Shown here in pieces: positions 1 through 7,727 of a DNA stretch of 64,000 bases. How positions within the stretch are numbered: the stretch's first letter is position 1; the number at the start of each line of letters is the position of its first letter. The stretch is taken from positions 13,472 through 77,471 of the forward strand of contig JAJZAK010000007.1 of NCBI GenBank assembly GCA_021799485.1, in the 5' to 3' direction. This stretch comes from a bacterium. Lineage in GTDB: Bacteria > Elusimicrobiota > Elusimicrobia > UBA1565 > UBA9628. The notes beneath the pieces are model-generated. The model was not told the origin of the DNA. It worked only from the letters and a program-made list of their open reading frames with translations, and did no database searches. The position numbers were made by a program, and so were the translations under genes.

Positions 1-426
1 GAAGGCGATCCGCCCGGGGGCCGAGATCGTCCGCGACATGGGAAGCATGGCGGCCGTTGCGGTGCGCAGGCCGATGAGTTGGCGCTGGCGGGCGTCGAGC
101 TGGAAGGAGGCCGCTTCGGGGACGGCGTTTTCCGGCGGGTCTGGCGGGTCCGTCTCGATTTTCCGGAGCGTCATATGGCAGATAGGGCATTCGCCGGGCC
201 GAGTCCGCACGATCTGGTGGTGCATGGGGCATTGATAGAAGGTCTTCTTGGCGGACTCTTGGGCCGGAGCGGCCCCGCCGCCGGCCGTCGCGGCCGCCTT
301 TTTCCCGCAGGCGGACGTCATGGCGCCGGCGGCAAGCGCAATCAAGACTGAAAAAATGGTGACACCATACCTATTAATCCCCAGATAAGATTGGACGAGA
401 TCAAGAAATGCGTATGGTGTCACCAT
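1..426 (-). CDS. RND-type efflux membrane-fusion (periplasmic adaptor) protein, heavy-metal CusB/CzcB-like class; N-terminal 142 codons, continues past window start
   Basis: Own translation of the minus strand from ATG 426-424 gives MVTPYAFLDLVQSYLGINRYGVTIFSVLIALAAGAMTSACGKK..KTFYQCPMHHQIVRTRPGECPICHMTLRKIE..QLDARQRQLIGLRT. It has a hydrophobic segment plus Cys (lipobox-like TSAC). It also has the YxCPMHxxI..PGxCPxCxM metal-binding motif known from CusB/CzcB-type adaptors. It lies 17 nt downstream of the TolC-like gene. It is not in the ORF track because it is open at the window edge. The exact start is uncertain (ATG 426, GTG 423 or an internal TTG). Confidence 0.7.
   Translation of the reverse strand, partial: MVTPYAFLDLVQSYLGINRYGVTIFSVLIALAAGAMTSACGKKAAATAGGGAAPAQESAKKTFYQCPMHHQIVRTRPGECPICHMTLRKIETDPPDPPENAVPEAASFQLDARQRQLIGLRTATAAMLPMSRTISAPGRIAF
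356..426. repeat. Perfect 15-bp inverted repeat (atggtgacaccatac / gtatggtgtcaccat) with a 41-nt AT-rich spacer; each arm is itself a 13-bp palindrome ATGGTG-N-CACCAT
   Basis: Read directly from the sequence. Positions 356-370 are the exact reverse complement of 412-426. The palindrome centres at 362 and 420 are 58 bp apart. The right arm contains the putative ATG of the adaptor gene. Confidence 0.9.
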
Positions 427-443
427 ATTTGCCGTATTTTGAG

Positions 444-1697
444 TCATGGTTTTTCTCCTTCTTTCAAATCGCCTCCGACCGCTTTTTCGAGCAATGCCCG
501 CTCTTCGCCTTCGCGGCGCAAGCGGTCGTCGTAGCCTAGCTCGACCTCGAGCAGCCTTTCGAAAGAATCCGAGAAGCGGGCGAAGCTTTCGCGCCCGGTC
601 TCGTAATTTTTGAGCGATATCTCGAAGGCCGAGCGGGCAAGAGGGAGAAGTTCGCGGCCGTAGGAAAGCGCGAGCCGCCGCTGGGTCTCGATATTGATCC
701 TGTGGGAACGCACATCCTTGAGAAGATCGTTGAGCGCGGCCTGATAGTCCGCCTGGGCTTCCTCCTGGTGCCGCCTGGCGGCATCGAGCTCGGCGTCCTG
801 TTTCCAGGCCCAGAGGGGAATGCTGAGATTCATCCCGGTGTAGAAAGGCGAGATTTTCCCCCCCGTCTCCTGGGCTTGATAATTAAACTCGAAATCCGGA
901 GCGTAGGCCAGCAGGCCCAAATGATGCCCGAGGTCGGCGTGATGGATCAGGTGGGCGCTCTGGAGGAAATTCGGGTTTTTCTCCCGGGCGAGGCTTTCCA
1001 ATTGTTCGACGGAAGGGGGCGCTTCGCTCGGATTGGGCGGCGGCAGGAGAAGATGCCTTGTCCCAGGCGGCCGCGACAGAAGGGCGTTCAAGGCGGCTTC
1101 TTCGACCGGAACGCCGCGCTCCTTTTCGTAGGCGTCGTTTTCGACCTCCTTGGCCTTAAGCTCCGACAAAAGGGGCTCGTCCGCCCTGGCCTTTCCCGAG
1201 GCCGCGAGCGCCTCGGCGGCCCGGGTGACGGCCATGAGAATCGAAGCCTCGCGCCGCAGGACTTGGGAGGATCTCTGGAGGTAGAGGAGTTGGTGATAAG
1301 CGAGCTTGACTTGAGTCAGGACATCGAGCTGGACGGCGAGATATTTTTGGTAGGCGATTCGGGCCTCGTGGTATTTCATGCCGGACTCGGCGGAGAGCTT
1401 GCCGGGAAACGGAATCTTCTGGCTCACGGAGTACATCGTCATTCCGGTATAACCCGCCGGGCTCGGGATGCGCTCATAACCGTAGCCCAGCGTCGGGTCC
1501 TGCCAGGTCCAGGCTGGCAGGACCCGGTCCTTTTGGACCTCCCAGGCTTTCTTGGCGGCGAGGACCGCGGGGTTGCGGGCCTTGGCTTCCTCAAGAAGCG
1601 CGGCGAGGCTTTGGGGCCCTGCGGACGCGGACGAAACGGCGACCTGGGGCCAAGCCGCGCCGCTAGCAGCCAGCAGAAGGGTTATTAAAATATTCAT
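444..1697 (-). CDS. Outer membrane efflux protein (TolC/CzcC/CusC family OMF)
   Basis: 417-aa ORF with a signal peptide (MNILITLLLAASGAAWPQVAV). It has long helical, Leu/Ala/Glu-rich two-repeat composition typical of OEP-family proteins. It sits immediately upstream of the adaptor gene, as in czcCBA/cusCBA operons. Confidence 0.8.
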   Translation of the reverse strand: MNILITLLLAASGAAWPQVAVSSASAGPQSLAALLEEAKARNPAVLAAKKAWEVQKDRVLPAWTWQDPTLGYGYERIPSPAGYTGMTMYSVSQKIPFPGKLSAESGMKYHEARIAYQKYLAVQLDVLTQVKLAYHQLLYLQRSSQVLRREASILMAVTRAAEALAASGKARADEPLLSELKAKEVENDAYEKERGVPVEEAALNALLSRPPGTRHLLLPPPNPSEAPPSVEQLESLAREKNPNFLQSAHLIHHADLGHHLGLLAYAPDFEFNYQAQETGGKISPFYTGMNLSIPLWAWKQDAELDAARRHQEEAQADYQAALNDLLKDVRSHRINIETQRRLALSYGRELLPLARSAFEISLKNYETGRESFARFSDSFERLLEVELGYDDRLRREGEERALLEKAVGGDLKEGEKP

Positions 1698-1801
1698 GGT
1701 TCTTCATTTGAGTGCCTCTTGCGATGCTAAAGAATAGAGTCTTGGTTCTTTAGGATCGCCGCGCGACAACGCGCTTCGCGCGACTCCAATTAAGGAGGGA
1801 C

Positions 1802-2143
1802 TTAGGCGAGGCTGGGCGGCGAGAGGCCCGACGCGGCCCCGCGAAAGTCTTGGCGGGGTTGCGTCGGGACAGGGCAAGGAAAGTCGGCGGGAAACCGGAA
1901 GGCGCCGACTGAGCGGATCCCTGGCACGGCGGCGAAGGCTTGGTTGGAGGGTGATCCGGTCCCATGAAGGGCGGCGACAGGCCGGGGGGCGGCGAGGCAG
2001 CAGCTTTTAACCGGGGCCGAGGAGATCGGGCAGCAGGACTTGCAGCAGGAAGGCTTGATCTGGGGCCGAAAAGAGTTCGCGCCCGCGAAAGAAAGCGACA
2101 ACGCGAGCGCGAAGGGGACGGCGACGGGGCTGGGATGCTTCAC
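1802..2143 (-). CDS. Small secreted cysteine-rich protein, hypothetical (possible periplasmic metal binder)
   Basis: GTG-initiated 113-aa ORF with a convincing signal peptide (MKHPSPVAVPFALALSLSFAGANS). This is followed by three CC pairs within 20 residues (SCCKSCCPISSAPVKSCC). Third-codon positions in the first ~35 codons are GC-rich, like real genes here. It is co-oriented with and upstream of the metal-efflux genes. The C-terminal half is low complexity, so the ORF could be spurious. Confidence 0.35.
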   Translation of the reverse strand: MKHPSPVAVPFALALSLSFAGANSFRPQIKPSCCKSCCPISSAPVKSCCLAAPRPVAALHGTGSPSNQAFAAVPGIRSVGAFRFPADFPCPVPTQPRQDFRGAASGLSPPSLA

Positions 2144-2226
2144 GGCGCCTTTTTATACCCCCTTCCCTTCAAAATTTCAAGAGCCGCGTCTTTGCGGACA
2201 ATGCGGCCGGGGAGCGCTTGTGGGTT

Positions 2227-3087
2227 TTACGTCGGCAGCAGCTTGAGGGCGGCGCGGGCGACGGCGGGAACGAAGGCGGGGCGCAGGAGACGCTTGTCGT
2301 AGGGGGCGAGACGCTTTTCATTCTCCGAGAGGCAAAGTTCGACGAAGGCCCGCGGCGAGAAGTCGCCGAAGGACTTGTGGGCGTTCATCGTGAAATTATC
2401 CTGGGTGCCGGCGTTCTTTCCCACCTTGAGGGCGGTCTTCAAGCGGCTCACGGCCTGGAGCCACATCGCAAGGCCTCTGCGAAAGACGTAGCCTGGACGG
2501 CCGGCATAAGGGAGCTTCGCCTGATTGTAGGCGACCCAGTTGACGTGAAAGATGATATGCCGCCCCTCCTCCTGCATGATGGGCTCGAAAAGCGTCACGA
2601 GCTCCGGCGGGAAAAAACCGGAATCCCGAGCGAGCGCGAAGAGGCCGAAGGCGAAGAAGGAGTCGAAGCACTCCCCGTAGCCGATGCGCATGAAGGCCCA
2701 GTTGGGGTCTCGGGGCGCCGCGGGATTAAACGACGGCACGGGGATGCCGTATTTTTGGGTAAGAAGCTTCAAGATTCGGGCGTGGCGGGACTCCTCATAA
2801 CCCTGGAGCTTGATGGCATCGGAGAGGATCGGATCCTTTTCGGCCTCTCCCATCGTCGTCACCGCGAGCGCCGTCTCGGCCTCGGTCTTCACAGCCTCCT
2901 CCCAGATGGGGAGCGCCTTCAGCCGCTGCCGGGCATCGGAGCCGAGGTCCGGCCAGGAGAGCGTTTCGGGCTCATAAGGGTCGTGGGTCTCGACAAAGAA
3001 ACGGCAGAGGATCTCCTTATGTTTCGTGGAGCCGATGAAGCTGTCGGGGGCGCCGCCGGGCGCCTGGGGGTGCGTTGACGTTTTCAT
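2227..3087 (-). CDS. Ferritin-like di-iron carboxylate protein (oxygenase/desaturase-like)
   Basis: Two ExxH motifs are embedded in EESRH and EEGRH, each preceded by a helix with a conserved Glu (WEEAVKTEAE; GYGECFDSFF). This is the E / ExxH / E / ExxH ligand pattern of di-iron four-helix-bundle enzymes. The start was moved to ATG 3087 (MKTSTHPQ) because the 14 upstream codons of the track ORF are AT-rich and contain a promoter-like element. Confidence 0.7.
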   Translation of the reverse strand: MKTSTHPQAPGGAPDSFIGSTKHKEILCRFFVETHDPYEPETLSWPDLGSDARQRLKALPIWEEAVKTEAETALAVTTMGEAEKDPILSDAIKLQGYEESRHARILKLLTQKYGIPVPSFNPAAPRDPNWAFMRIGYGECFDSFFAFGLFALARDSGFFPPELVTLFEPIMQEEGRHIIFHVNWVAYNQAKLPYAGRPGYVFRRGLAMWLQAVSRLKTALKVGKNAGTQDNFTMNAHKSFGDFSPRAFVELCLSENEKRLAPYDKRLLRPAFVPAVARAALKLLPT

Positions 3088-3097
3088 AGGACGCGAC

Positions 3098-3125
3098 AAT
3101 ATAGTAAATTCAATGATAATGTCAA
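3098..3125 (-). promoter_or_regulatory. Sigma70-like promoter for the di-iron gene: TTGACA-N16-TATATT, only 10 nt from the ATG (near-leaderless)
   Basis: The minus strand reads ggTTGACAttatcattgaatttacTATATTgtcgcgtcctATG. The -35 box is at 3125-3120, the -10 box at 3103-3098 and the ATG at 3087. No SD is present. The call is from consensus matching only. Confidence 0.45.
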
Positions 3126-4102
3126 CCATGAATATGAACGGCGATTTTCACGGGAAAGGGCTCTGGGCCGTGATCCTGGGGGGTTCCTCGGGTTTTGGCC
3201 TTGCGACCGCCAAGCGCCTGGCTCGTGCGGGGCTCCATATCATGGTGGCCCACAAGGATAAGGAAGGCGTGGTCGAGACCCAGATCAAGCCCCATTTCGA
3301 GGCCATCCGGCAGACGGGCGTCAAGTTCGTCGCCCACAACGTGAATCTCTTCGACGACGATGACCGGGCCGGAGTCATGGAGTCCATTGAGGAGCAGGCC
3401 GGCCGCGGCAAGGTCCATCTCTTCCTCCACTCGATCGCGGCGGGGGCCTGCAAGCTCCTCGCGGAGCCCAAGGGGCCCGATTTCCGCGCGGACGCGATCA
3501 AAGGGCTTCAGGAAGCGCTGACTTTCGGAGGCGCCGCCGTGACCATTACGCAGCTCCGCGACGCCGTCAACAAGGCTTTCCATGAGAAGCGTTGCGACGC
3601 GCTCTACACCGTCGCCGACAGCAAGATCCCTTACAAAGACGATTTGCTCGAGGAAGAAGACGTCAGCCGCACGGTTTGGATGATGGGTTATGACTATCTC
3701 CTCTGGGGCCGGGAGCTTCTGGCGCGGGAGCTGCTGTCTCCCGAAGCCCGGCTCGTGGCCCTCACCTCCGAGGGCAACGAGATCGCATGGCGGGGCTATG
3801 CGGCCGTCTCCGCCGCCAAGTGCGCGCTCGAGGCCTCCTGTCGGGCGATGGCCCTTGAAATGGGGCCCTATGGGGTGAGGTCCTACATTGTCCAGGCGGG
3901 CATCACCGACACTCCCGCCGGCAACGCGATTCCGCATTTCGACCTCATGATGGCCCAAGCGCGGATGCGCAACCCCTTTCATCGGCTCACGACCCCGGAG
4001 GACGTGGCCGAGGCGATCTACGCCCTCTGCCTGCCGCCGCTCTCCTGGTCCAGCGGCTCCATCATCCGCGTCGACGGCGGCGAGGCGATCTCCGGACTCT
4101 AA
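3113..4102 (+). CDS. Enoyl-ACP/CoA reductase, FabV/TER-like SDR (short form)
   Basis: The glycine motif ILGGSSGFGLATAKRLA resembles FabV GASSGYGLA. HLFLHSIAAG resembles FabV LVVYSLASP. TVWMMGYDYLLWGRELL..IAWRGYAAVSAAKCALE resembles FabV TVTVMGGQDWELWINAL..YWDGALGKAK, with the Tyr/Lys pair retained. The protein ends with SGSIIRVDGGEAI. The start is ambiguous among ATGs at 3113, 3119, 3128 and 3134. I chose 3113 because it sits ~7 nt after a TATAGT box. Confidence 0.65.
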   Translation: MIMSTMNMNGDFHGKGLWAVILGGSSGFGLATAKRLARAGLHIMVAHKDKEGVVETQIKPHFEAIRQTGVKFVAHNVNLFDDDDRAGVMESIEEQAGRGKVHLFLHSIAAGACKLLAEPKGPDFRADAIKGLQEALTFGGAAVTITQLRDAVNKAFHEKRCDALYTVADSKIPYKDDLLEEEDVSRTVWMMGYDYLLWGRELLARELLSPEARLVALTSEGNEIAWRGYAAVSAAKCALEASCRAMALEMGPYGVRSYIVQAGITDTPAGNAIPHFDLMMAQARMRNPFHRLTTPEDVAEAIYALCLPPLSWSSGSIIRVDGGEAISGL

Positions 4103-4109
4103 ACCATTC

Positions 4110-5111
4110 ATGCTATCCATCCTCGGGATGGGCTGGCAGCTCCCCAAAAACGAGATATCGAACGATTTCCTCCACAAGGAAGTCGGGCTTGAACGCGGCA
4201 ATGACTGGGTGGACTCCAGGCTCGGCATCTATACGCGCTACTCGGTGCTTTCGAGGGAATACATCATCAAGACGAAGAACGCGAACCCCGTCCACGCCAT
4301 GATCCACGCGCGCTCCAACGGAGAGACTCCCGTCATCTTGGGCGTCCGGGCCGCCCGGCAAGCCTTGGACGAGGCGGGTGTCAAGCCCGAGAAGATCGGC
4401 TGGGTGATCGCGAACAACGACACTCCCTTCGAGACGATCCCCAGCACCGCGAGCTTGATCGCCAAGGCTCTGGGCGTCGGCTCCGGGCCTCATTGCGACA
4501 TGAACGCCGCCTGCTCGAGCTTCGCCCGCCACATGAAGGCGGTCGCGGACATCAAGGAGGAAAAGCTGCCGGAATTCGTTCTCTGCGTCCAGACGAGTTG
4601 CTACACGGTCCGCACCGACTATTCCCCCTCCTCGATCGACGGCTATATCTGGGGCGACGGCGCCTCGGCCGAGATCTTGTCCGCTCGGCATGAAGGCCCC
4701 CTCGCCATCGAGCCCATGATCTACGAAAGCGACCCTTCGGGGGCGGAGCAAATCATGATCGACTCGACGGGGCATTTCGTCCAGGACGGGGCGGCGGTGC
4801 GCGAGTTCTCTATCCGAAAGACCTGCGAGATGTTCGAGGAAATGGCCCAGAAGAAGGGACTCTACGCCGAGGACGTCTACACCGTGGCGCACCAGGCGAA
4901 CTTCGTGATGCAGAACTCCATCATCGGCCATCTGGGCCTGCCCGCTGAAAGGCATTTGCGCAACGTTCAGAGGCAGGGCAATATCGCCGCCGCCGGGGCG
5001 CCGTCCGTCATCGCCCAGAACAAAGGCCGATTTCACAAGGGCGACAAAATTCTCTACGCCGTTCTGGGTTCGGGGCTCGCCTGGGGCGGCGGCTGCATGG
5101 AGGCTCTCTGA
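4110..5111 (+). CDS. 3-oxoacyl-ACP synthase III (FabH-like KAS III)
   Basis: The Cys-His-Asn triad is in the expected contexts: MNAACSSFARH, VAHQANFVM and RQGNIAAAGAP. Length is 333 aa. Confidence 0.85.
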   Translation: MLSILGMGWQLPKNEISNDFLHKEVGLERGNDWVDSRLGIYTRYSVLSREYIIKTKNANPVHAMIHARSNGETPVILGVRAARQALDEAGVKPEKIGWVIANNDTPFETIPSTASLIAKALGVGSGPHCDMNAACSSFARHMKAVADIKEEKLPEFVLCVQTSCYTVRTDYSPSSIDGYIWGDGASAEILSARHEGPLAIEPMIYESDPSGAEQIMIDSTGHFVQDGAAVREFSIRKTCEMFEEMAQKKGLYAEDVYTVAHQANFVMQNSIIGHLGLPAERHLRNVQRQGNIAAAGAPSVIAQNKGRFHKGDKILYAVLGSGLAWGGGCMEAL

Positions 5112-5839
5112 TGGCGAAAGACGTCGCTGTCGTGACAGGCGCCTCGGGCGGCATCGGGAAGGCGATCGCCCGGATGATCCACGAGAAATCCAACGGCGAA
5201 CTTCAGATCTGTCTGCATTGCCGCGGCAACAAGTCCTCCGCCGAAGAACTTCAAAGGGAAATCCCGGGCTCCTTTGTCGTCCAGGCGGATCTCGCGACGA
5301 CGGAGGGCCGCCGCATGCTTTTGGAGGCGGCGGCTGGAAAGGGCCATCCTTTCGTTCTGGTCAACAATGCCGGCGTGGACAAGCCGCATGAGCCCGCGCT
5401 CATGATCCAGGAATCATCCTTCGACGAGATCCTGGGCGCCAACCTGAAGAGCGCCGCGTTTTTAATGCGGGATTTCGGCAAGGAGATGGCCGGCGCGGGA
5501 GCGGGCGTCATCGTCAACATGAGCTCGGTTTTGGCCGGCAAGGCCCTGATCGGGTCGGCCCTCTACCGGGCGAGCAAGGCGGCGATCGAGGCCTTGACGA
5601 AGCAGTTCGCCTTCGAGCTCGGCCCCAAGGGGGTGCGCGTCAACGCCGTGGCGCCGGGCTTCATTGAGACGCCCATGACGCGGGGAATCCCGCCGGAGAT
5701 GCGCGATAAGATTCGCTCGGAGACGGCCCTCGGCGCCTTCGGCGCCCCGGAGGCCGTCGCCCAGGCCGTCTGTCATTTGATTGAGAACGACTATATCAAC
5801 GGCGCCGTGCTGCCCGTCAACGGAGGCATGTCCCTGTAA
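5111..5839 (+). CDS. 3-oxoacyl-ACP reductase (FabG-like SDR)
   Basis: It has VVTGASGGIGKAIA (TGxxxGIG), NNAG, the YRASKAA (YxxxK) motif and a C-terminal NGAVLPVNGG. Its start overlaps the KAS III stop (TGATG at 5109-5113). Confidence 0.85.
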   Translation: MAKDVAVVTGASGGIGKAIARMIHEKSNGELQICLHCRGNKSSAEELQREIPGSFVVQADLATTEGRRMLLEAAAGKGHPFVLVNNAGVDKPHEPALMIQESSFDEILGANLKSAAFLMRDFGKEMAGAGAGVIVNMSSVLAGKALIGSALYRASKAAIEALTKQFAFELGPKGVRVNAVAPGFIETPMTRGIPPEMRDKIRSETALGAFGAPEAVAQAVCHLIENDYINGAVLPVNGGMSL

Positions 5840-6321
5840 TGGCCCTGACAGCGTCCGAAATCCTCAAGCTCGTTCCCCAGCAGCGCCCCATGCGCTTCAT
5901 CGACGCGATCGAGGAGGTCGATGACGAGCACATCACGGCGACCTACACGTGGAAAGACGAGGACTGCGCGGGGCACTTCCCGGGAAATCCCGTGGTCCCC
6001 GGCGTCAAATTGATCGAGATGGCGGCCCAGGTGGGCAACGTCGCCTGGGGCATCTACCATCTTTCCCTTGATCGTCCCGTCGAAGTTCTCTCCGGGCTTT
6101 TGGGCGTTTTCGCCGGGGTCGAGGAAGGAAGCTTCAAGCGCGTGGTGCGCCCTGGAGAGAAGGTCAGGGCCACGGCCTATTTCAACGACGAAGGATATTT
6201 TCGCAACAACAAAATCATGGCGTTGGTCGAGATCGCCTTCGCCGGCGGCGCCAAGGACGGAGAGATCGTTTTTACTGGAAAAACTTCGGGAATGTGGGTC
6301 CCTAAAGAGGAAGTGGAATGA
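5839..6321 (+). CDS. 3-hydroxyacyl-ACP dehydratase (FabZ/FabA-like hotdog fold)
   Basis: It has LVPQQRPMRFIDAI and the catalytic-His motif GHFPGNPVVPGVKLIEMAAQ. Length is 160 aa. The junction with the preceding gene is a TAATG overlap. Confidence 0.8.
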   Translation: MALTASEILKLVPQQRPMRFIDAIEEVDDEHITATYTWKDEDCAGHFPGNPVVPGVKLIEMAAQVGNVAWGIYHLSLDRPVEVLSGLLGVFAGVEEGSFKRVVRPGEKVRATAYFNDEGYFRNNKIMALVEIAFAGGAKDGEIVFTGKTSGMWVPKEEVE

Positions 6322-7637
6322 ATCGAAAAAGAGTCGTCGTCACCGGCCTGGGCGTGGTCGCCCCCAACGGCGTTGGCCTCGCCGCATTCCGGGAAGCCCT
6401 GAAAGCGGGCAAATCCGGCATCACGCAGCATGAAGAGTTGAAGCGCCTCAATTTCGCGGCGCAGATCGGCGGGACGCCGCCCGTCGGAGAGGAGGAGGCT
6501 CTTGCCGTTATCCCGGAAAGCGAGATCCATAAGCTCTCCGAGGCCATGATCTACGCGGTCATGGCATCCCTTGAGTGCGCGAAGTCCGCGGGACTTCCGG
6601 TTGACGTGGCGGCCGGCCTCAAGGACGGCGCCGTCGACTGGAACGCCGGGGCGGTGATCGGCTGCGGGATCGGCGGCATGGACACGATCTTCGAGCAGAT
6701 GGTCGCGGTCATTCGGGAGGCTCCGACGGCGGACGCGGGGCGCGGAATGGTGGACATGGGGACGAACATCGTTCCGCAGGTGATGGGATCGAGCGTCAGC
6801 GTCGCGGTGGGCCGCTTTCTGGGCGTGGGCGGACAGACCTCGACCAACAGTTCCGCATGCAACACCGGGACCGAGGCGATTTTCGAGGGCTATAAGCACC
6901 TGCAGTTGGGCTACGCGGACGCGATGTATGTCGGCGGAGCCGAAGGAAGCCACTACGCCATCTGGGCTGGGTTTGACGCCATGCGCGACGTGCTCTGCTC
7001 GCGCTACAACGACGCCCCCGAGAAAGGCTCCCAACCCTTGGGGGCCGGCGCCTGCGGCTTCGTTCCCAGCTCGGGGGCCGGAGTGCTGCGGATTGAGACA
7101 CTGGAATCCGCCCAAAAGCGCGGCGCCAAGATTCTCTGCGAGCTGGTCGCCGCCTATTGCAACTCGGGCGGCCAGCGCAACGGCGGGACGATGACCTTCC
7201 CCAATCAGGAGGGCGTCGTGCGCTGCATCCAGCGGGTTCTCCAAGACTCGGGGATCGATCCGGCGCGCATCTCCCTCATCAACGGCCACCTGACTTCGAC
7301 CACCGCCGACCCTCGGGAAGTCGAGAGCTGGCTGAAGGCCCTGGGGCTTGAGCCCGCGCATTTCCCGCTCATCCAGGCGACGAAGTCCATGATCGGACAT
7401 TCGCTCGGCGCCGCAGGGGCGATCGAGTCCATCGCCGTCGTCGACCAGATCGTCAACGGCTACGTCCATCCTTCGATCAACTGCGACGAGGTCCATCCCA
7501 ACATCCAGAAGCTGGGCGTGGCGAATTCGATCCCGCACCGGCTCCTTGAGCGCCGGCTTGATTATGTGATCAAGGCCTCCTTCGGCTTCGGCGATGTGAA
7601 CGGTTGCCTCTTGTTTAAGCGATGGGATGGTAGGTAA
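6318..7637 (+). CDS. Beta-ketoacyl-ACP synthase (KAS I/II, FabF/FabB-like)
   Basis: It has RVVVTGLGVVAPNG, the active-site Cys in NSSACNTGTEAI, and two His residues in INGHLTSTTADP and KSMIGHSLGAAGAIE. It has an ATGA overlap with the dehydratase gene. Confidence 0.85.
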   Translation: MNRKRVVVTGLGVVAPNGVGLAAFREALKAGKSGITQHEELKRLNFAAQIGGTPPVGEEEALAVIPESEIHKLSEAMIYAVMASLECAKSAGLPVDVAAGLKDGAVDWNAGAVIGCGIGGMDTIFEQMVAVIREAPTADAGRGMVDMGTNIVPQVMGSSVSVAVGRFLGVGGQTSTNSSACNTGTEAIFEGYKHLQLGYADAMYVGGAEGSHYAIWAGFDAMRDVLCSRYNDAPEKGSQPLGAGACGFVPSSGAGVLRIETLESAQKRGAKILCELVAAYCNSGGQRNGGTMTFPNQEGVVRCIQRVLQDSGIDPARISLINGHLTSTTADPREVESWLKALGLEPAHFPLIQATKSMIGHSLGAAGAIESIAVVDQIVNGYVHPSINCDEVHPNIQKLGVANSIPHRLLERRLDYVIKASFGFGDVNGCLLFKRWDGR

Positions 7638-7727
7638 AATATAAACTCTCGGCCTTCAGTTTTCGAAAGGCGAATGAAGATTTGTGAAGATGAACGCTGA
7701 TAAGAATTCTTAAGGAGGTTTCCCAAG

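Noticed and set aside
3122-4228. 368-aa minus-strand ORF overlapping the enoyl reductase
   Set aside because: It is antisense to a gene with clear SDR/FabV-like blocks. It would also run through the divergent promoter region.
6177-7538. 453-aa minus-strand ORF
   Set aside because: It is antisense to the KAS I/II gene, whose Cys-His-His active-site motifs are intact. It is a shadow ORF.
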